Below the pieces are notes generated by a model. The model worked only from the letters and a program-made list of their open reading frames with translations, ran no database searches and was not told the origin of the DNA. From Candidatus Berkelbacteria bacterium (GTDB lineage Bacteria; Patescibacteriota; UBA1384; UBA12157), in contig JBAXXI010000003.1 in the NCBI GenBank assembly GCA_037127955.1, positions 7,771 to 71,770 of the forward strand: a stretch of 64,000 bases of DNA. Direction: 5' to 3'. Shown here piece by piece: positions 59,221-64,000 of the stretch (the stretch's first letter is position 1; each line of letters opens with the position of its first letter). A program made the position numbers and the translations under genes.

Positions 59221-60432
59221 ATGAAAATTTTACTTATTACTCAATGGTACGAACCAGTTAAAGGCGCGGCAGCCAAAAGAACCGGCAAAATGGCCCGGTT
59301 TTTAACTGATGCCGGCCACAAAGTCACGGTTTTAACCAGTTTCCCCTCTTATCCGACCGGGATCGTACCAGCTGAATTTAAAGGTAAACTCTGGGATAAA
59401 CAAAAAAAAGATGGTATCGAGATAATCCGTATCTGGGAATTACCGGCTTCGACTCAAGATAGTACTATCAAGCGGCTCTTGAATATGTTAACTTTTGCCA
59501 AATCCGCCTTCTGGGGCGCACTTTTGTTAAAACCATATGACGCAGTCTTGGTTAGTTCTCCCTCGTTTTTAAGTGGGATTGCCGGTTTGGTCAACACCAG
59601 GACCAAAAAAAGTAAATTTTACTTTGACATCCGCGATTTATGGCCAGATTCAGCTATTGAACTCGGGGTTTTGCCAAAAACTGGCTTTGCCACCGAACAA
59701 ATGAAAAAACTGGAAAAAAAATTTTATAATCGCGCCACCAAAATTTTTACCGCAACTCCAGGGATTAAAGATCATTTATTAACCGAGAAAATTCCTTCTG
59801 ACAAGATTGAAGTTCTTTTAAATAGCGTTGATACCGATAAATTTAAACCGGTTGAAGCTAATTTTGACAAATACGGATTTAATCGTGGCGACTTTATCTG
59901 TGGTTATATCGGTAACCATAGCCGAGTTTATGACCTTGAAACAGTCATCAAGACCGCCGAAATTACTAAAAAGAATGAAAAAATTAAATATTTACTGGTT
60001 GGTGAAGGTGAAACCAAACAAAAACTAAAAGATTTAACTCAAAAATTAGACCTGAAAAACGTCTTTTTTATGGATCAAATGAGTTTAGACGAATTAGCTC
60101 CAATTACTGGTTTATTTAGTTTAGGTTTAGCCCCGATTTCCAATATCGGTGTTTCTCAAGAATCATTTCCATCTAAGACTTGTGAATATTTTGCCAGCGG
60201 TAAGCCCGTAGCTGCCTCTCTCGGCGGCGATATGGCCAAAATTATAACAGAATACGAGGTTGGTTTTCTTTACAAACCAGGCGATGCTAATGCCTTAGCC
60301 GAAATCATCTTAAATTTAAGCAAAAATCCCGAAAAAGCCCAAAAAATGGGTCAAAATGCCAGAAAACTCGCTTTAGACATGTTTTCAGATAAAATCTTTG
60401 CTGAAAAACTGATCTCTAGCCTTAAGGACTAA
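59221..60432 (+). CDS. GT4-family glycosyltransferase
   Basis: GT-B fold. 403 aa. TCEYFASGKPVAASLGGDMAKII. Confidence 0.8.
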   Translation: MKILLITQWYEPVKGAAAKRTGKMARFLTDAGHKVTVLTSFPSYPTGIVPAEFKGKLWDKQKKDGIEIIRIWELPASTQDSTIKRLLNMLTFAKSAFWGALLLKPYDAVLVSSPSFLSGIAGLVNTRTKKSKFYFDIRDLWPDSAIELGVLPKTGFATEQMKKLEKKFYNRATKIFTATPGIKDHLLTEKIPSDKIEVLLNSVDTDKFKPVEANFDKYGFNRGDFICGYIGNHSRVYDLETVIKTAEITKKNEKIKYLLVGEGETKQKLKDLTQKLDLKNVFFMDQMSLDELAPITGLFSLGLAPISNIGVSQESFPSKTCEYFASGKPVAASLGGDMAKIITEYEVGFLYKPGDANALAEIILNLSKNPEKAQKMGQNARKLALDMFSDKIFAEKLISSLKD

Positions 60433-60435
60433 AAT

Positions 60436-61233
60436 TTAATCTAAATTTGGCTTTGGATACATCGATACAACCTGATCAACAGTTTTAACTTGAATCTGAC
60501 CCTGATCTCTTTTCTGAGCAATATAAGACATAATCTCTTGCATATTTTTTTCTTTAATTTCAAACCTGGTCGTAGGATCCTCATTCACAGAATGAAAATA
60601 GATAATCAACCAACCTTTTTGATTAATTGCTTGATTAATTCTTTCCTTGACCACACTGATAGTACTCGATTGGCCGACCTCATAAGAAGAAAGGCCGTAA
60701 TTATTTAATTTATCCAGATGATTAATACCAGGATTGCCTCGAATCTGGTTCTTTCGGTTAGATTGATAATACTCTTCAATCAAGGCCAAAATATTACTGG
60801 TATATTGGCCATAAGGTGCGGCAAAAGATGTAACATTGTAACCATGTTGAGCAAAAATATCCTTCGCTCCAACTAATTCAGCGATCGCTTGATTGCGCGT
60901 TAGAGTATTAAGATGCGGGTGATTAACCGTATGACTAGCAATCTCCCACCCATTTTTATTCAGGTCATTTACATCATCCCAGGTCACAAATTCGTTTTTA
61001 CCAATAGACCCAGCGGTCAAATAAAAAGTGGCTGGAATATTGTATTTCTTCATAATCGGGTAAGCGCTATTATAAACAGTTTTAGAGCCATCATCAAAAG
61101 TAATTGTCACTATACCGGTCCATTTACTCGGATCGTTTCTAGGCACTTGATTTTTAACCATATAAAAACCAGCCGAACCTGAAAAAATGACAATTATAAT
61201 TAGTAAAATCGTATTTTTATTTAAAAATGACAT
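60436..61233 (-). CDS. polysaccharide deacetylase (CE4/NodB family), membrane-anchored
   Basis: NodB motifs VTITFDDG and HTVNHPHL. Confidence 0.85.
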   Translation of the reverse strand: MSFLNKNTILLIIIVIFSGSAGFYMVKNQVPRNDPSKWTGIVTITFDDGSKTVYNSAYPIMKKYNIPATFYLTAGSIGKNEFVTWDDVNDLNKNGWEIASHTVNHPHLNTLTRNQAIAELVGAKDIFAQHGYNVTSFAAPYGQYTSNILALIEEYYQSNRKNQIRGNPGINHLDKLNNYGLSSYEVGQSSTISVVKERINQAINQKGWLIIYFHSVNEDPTTRFEIKEKNMQEIMSYIAQKRDQGQIQVKTVDQVVSMYPKPNLD

Positions 61234-61248
61234 ATAGTTTTATTTAAA

Positions 61249-63615
61249 TTAATTTTTGGCTAATTCGTCGGCCTTGATCTTGGCTGCTGGCAAAACTTGA
61301 TAAATGACCGAGGTTTTTTTGAAGATTTTTTTAAAATATTGCGGGTAAGCGTCAAAAAACTCTTCTCCTTGATTGGCCGGATTATAAAGCACAATATACT
61401 CAGCTTTAGATTTACCAACCTGAATCATACGTTCCTCAAAAGTATGCTTATCTTCATAAATTAAATTATATCGATTCAGAACGCCGGTTCGGGGGTAAGC
61501 CGTCATAAATTGATCCAAAACTATCGGAAAAGTATAAACTGTTGAACCAGGAGTTAAGAAAACCGATTTTGGCGGCAAACTTTTCCTAATAAATTCAGCC
61601 ATATCTGCTCCACCAATCGATTTTTCGGTACTTGCGCGAAAACCATTGGCATCTACTGGTTTTAAAAAGATATTTTTCTGATAAGCATTTTTAAAATTAG
61701 TAAATAAATACTGATATGTTGGCGAAAAAAAGATAACTAATAGCGCGATAATGGCAAAACTTGAAAAAATACCGTTTTTAGGTTCGTCAAGATTGAAGAA
61801 TTCAATAATTTTTGGCTTCCATAGCTGCAAAACAATCAAAATGATAGCTAATAATACGATTGGTGCGAAAAAAGTTAAAAAATGTTTACCAAGCCAAATG
61901 TCAGTATTATCAGAGAAAATTTGATTGTAAATAGTGGCTACTGGCGCTAAAACAGTTTTGGTCGAATCTTTAGCTGAAGGGATCAATGCTAAATGAAACT
62001 GAGTTTTAACCATTAATCCAGCTATGACAACCAAAATCACATTACCTAGATACTGACCCCATTTTGGCAGATTAAGTTTAGAAATCAGTTTGTCCAAAAC
62101 TAAAACCATAAAACCAAAAACCAAAGCTAATGTTAAATAATGCCAAGTGATACTGCCGATTAGACGATTAACAAAAATGTAACCTAAGACTTTCAGTAAG
62201 AACACGGCCACTGGCTCTAGATATGCGATTGGCGCAATTAACATTAGAGCAAAAATGAAAACTAATTTACGATTTTTTATGGCGAGAGCCAAGGTGATCG
62301 GCGTTAATAAGTAAGCATATTTCGAATAAATATCGTAATCCTTAAAAGTCCCAAAACGTAATTGTTCAGGATCTAAATTAGTCGTATTTTGAATATTTTC
62401 CGCCATCACTTTAGTAATAATATGACTCTTTAATTCAAGGAAAATAAGAAATGGAACAAAAATAATAAAACTCCCAAGCAAGACCCAACCGATTCGTTGA
62501 ATCACTGTTTTGTAGTCAGGTTCCTGACGCTTCATAATTAACCAAATTACACCAAAAGCCACTAGTAAAACCAAATAATATAAATACTGAGTCAAATGAA
62601 TCGCAGCCATTAAAACTGCCATGACCGAAACTAAAATTAATAATTTTTGATTGGTCGAATCTTCAAAAATATACTTAAAGGTTAATGCTGTCACCAAAGG
62701 AAAAATCAACATATTGTTCAAAGTATCTGGTAAAGGTAAACAAGTAAAAAGATAGCCAGTATTCCAGTTAAAAATATAAATAACCACAAAAGCTACGCCA
62801 ATCCAGCTGAAGAATTTTTTCTGAAAAATTAATTGAAATAACCAACCCCAAATCACAAACGCCATAACCGATAATGGCACGCAAATCGCCTTCCACATAT
62901 TAATATGATCGGTTTGAGTCAAGGTTGAAAGTAAACCCAAGAAGACATGCCAAACCGGTAAACCATAAGCGATATGAATTGTATCACCTTTGACAAAACT
63001 CAAATTTGACGGCGTTAGTGGCTGTTGGCTCACCGCTTTTTGAAGAATAGACATATGAAAATCTGTGTCACCACCGCGCAACAGAGTGCCTGAAATCATT
63101 ACGGAAATCACCACACCGATTGCTACAATAAAGACTAAAAAGTATCCGATATTCTGCGCCTGCCAAATTTTAGTCCAATCAAAGGACCATTTCTCTACCT
63201 CTGTTTTACGCTTAAGATCAAAAAACAAAGCAGTCACTAACAAAACCGGGATTAATATCATAAAAACATCTGTTAGAACCTTTATGGTTAAACCGATCAT
63301 CATTGCCATAAAGCAAAGCAATAAGGAAAAGGCTAAACCTGAAGCAAACCATAGCACAAATTGACCTAGAGAATCGTTAGCAAATTTTATTTTAAATAAT
63401 CGAGTCAAACTAAACCCGGTCACAACCAGAATACCAATAAAAATTAAGGTGATTGACCAAGGTGTTAAAACAGTATTTCTAGCCATGACAAAACTAGCAA
63501 TCAACCATGCAAACATTACTCCGTACTGAACCATAATCATTTTTTTGTTTTTGAAATTAAACATCTTTAAAAATTCTCCTTGCCAACTACTTACTGCCAT
63601 TCTGGCGCCCGACAA
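61249..63615 (-). CDS. large polytopic membrane protein (788 aa), possibly YfhO/DUF2079-like glycosyl-polymer modifying enzyme
   Basis: At least 14 TM helices in the N-terminal 600 aa, plus a C-terminal extracytoplasmic domain. It sits in a glycan-biosynthesis neighbourhood. Confidence 0.45.
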   Translation of the reverse strand: MSGARMAVSSWQGEFLKMFNFKNKKMIMVQYGVMFAWLIASFVMARNTVLTPWSITLIFIGILVVTGFSLTRLFKIKFANDSLGQFVLWFASGLAFSLLLCFMAMMIGLTIKVLTDVFMILIPVLLVTALFFDLKRKTEVEKWSFDWTKIWQAQNIGYFLVFIVAIGVVISVMISGTLLRGGDTDFHMSILQKAVSQQPLTPSNLSFVKGDTIHIAYGLPVWHVFLGLLSTLTQTDHINMWKAICVPLSVMAFVIWGWLFQLIFQKKFFSWIGVAFVVIYIFNWNTGYLFTCLPLPDTLNNMLIFPLVTALTFKYIFEDSTNQKLLILVSVMAVLMAAIHLTQYLYYLVLLVAFGVIWLIMKRQEPDYKTVIQRIGWVLLGSFIIFVPFLIFLELKSHIITKVMAENIQNTTNLDPEQLRFGTFKDYDIYSKYAYLLTPITLALAIKNRKLVFIFALMLIAPIAYLEPVAVFLLKVLGYIFVNRLIGSITWHYLTLALVFGFMVLVLDKLISKLNLPKWGQYLGNVILVVIAGLMVKTQFHLALIPSAKDSTKTVLAPVATIYNQIFSDNTDIWLGKHFLTFFAPIVLLAIILIVLQLWKPKIIEFFNLDEPKNGIFSSFAIIALLVIFFSPTYQYLFTNFKNAYQKNIFLKPVDANGFRASTEKSIGGADMAEFIRKSLPPKSVFLTPGSTVYTFPIVLDQFMTAYPRTGVLNRYNLIYEDKHTFEERMIQVGKSKAEYIVLYNPANQGEEFFDAYPQYFKKIFKKTSVIYQVLPAAKIKADELAKN

Positions 63616-64000
63616 TTAAGTGGAGCCCGACAACCAGGTGGAAAAATATACTGATTCGAGGCTGCCACCGTATTAATCTTAACTTTATCAACTTGATATA
63701 AATCTGAGATTTGATTTTGATAAACCTTGGTCAAATAGCCAGATAAATTATCGAAATTGACATAATTTTTACTATTTTTTTTGGAAACAACCAATAGATA
63801 ATCAACATTATAAGCCGACAAACATTTGATTTTAATTGACATATCGGTCGTGGATTTATAAATTGCACTGAGCTCACGTTCAGGCTGAGTCCTCTCTGGC
63901 CAAGCCGCCATATGCACATCTACCAAAATCTCTAAATCACGATAAGCTTTATTACTTTCGAAAACTGAACCATATGGCACATTTTTTTGAATATAATTTA
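63591..64000 (-). CDS. hypothetical protein, C-terminal part (frame remains open past window end)
   Basis: The ORF-track start is a GTG codon at 63980. The frame is still open upstream to 64000. It overlaps the 788-aa membrane-protein gene by 25 nt. Confidence 0.4.
   Translation of the reverse strand, partial: NYIQKNVPYGSVFESNKAYRDLEILVDVHMAAWPERTQPERELSAIYKSTTDMSIKIKCLSAYNVDYLLVVSKKNSKNYVNFDNLSGYLTKVYQNQISDLYQVDKVKINTVAASNQYIFPPGCRAPLNCRAPEWQ

Overview
The window is gene-dense and AT-rich (about 40% GC by eye), from a small-genome bacterium that uses the standard genetic code. I saw no rRNA genes and no CRISPR array. The gene set (r-proteins with C-terminal extensions, type-II-membrane/pilin-like small secreted proteins, H+-PPase, many orphan small genes) is consistent with a Patescibacteria/CPR-like organism. 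That lineage call is inference only.

Recognisable housekeeping genes:
- gltX, rplS, rpmA, dnaE, ndk, a Xer-type tyrosine recombinase, ychF
- the rpsF-ssb-rpsR cluster, efp, groES/groEL, trpS, pyrG
- a PGM/PMM-family mutase and a membrane H+-pyrophosphatase

A large Wzx/Wzy-type polysaccharide locus lies at about 41.1-50.8 kb and 58.1-63.6 kb. It carries several GT4 and GT2 glycosyltransferases, two tandem Wzy-like membrane proteins, a Wzx flippase, a CE4 deacetylase and a 788-aa polytopic membrane protein. An integrated element of about 7 kb (51.0-58.0 kb) splits this locus. The element contains:
- a tRNA-Arg whose 3' end is overlapped by a large serine recombinase gene
- a HEPN-motif (RNxxxH) Abi-like protein that is ATGA-coupled to the recombinase, plus an HTH protein
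- a structured noncoding region
- two tRNA-Ser genes bracketing a GIY-YIG nuclease and an HTH protein
- an AT-rich membrane-protein gene
The element's HEPN-HTH module is the best candidate for an undescribed defence or addiction system. I cannot prove novelty without database searches.

Other notable items:
- a GC-elevated block of orphan genes at 12.9-16.9 kb, including a Phd/YefM-like domain fused to a roughly 330-aa Pro/Thr-rich tail
- three consecutive small orphan genes at 19.2-20.9 kb, each with a near-consensus sigma-70 promoter and its own terminator
- two paralogous surface-protein genes sharing a perfect 185-bp module with divergent C-terminal domains
- pilin-like paralogs flanking trpS, with a conserved terminator family
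- an AGTCT/AGACT repeat array upstream of efp
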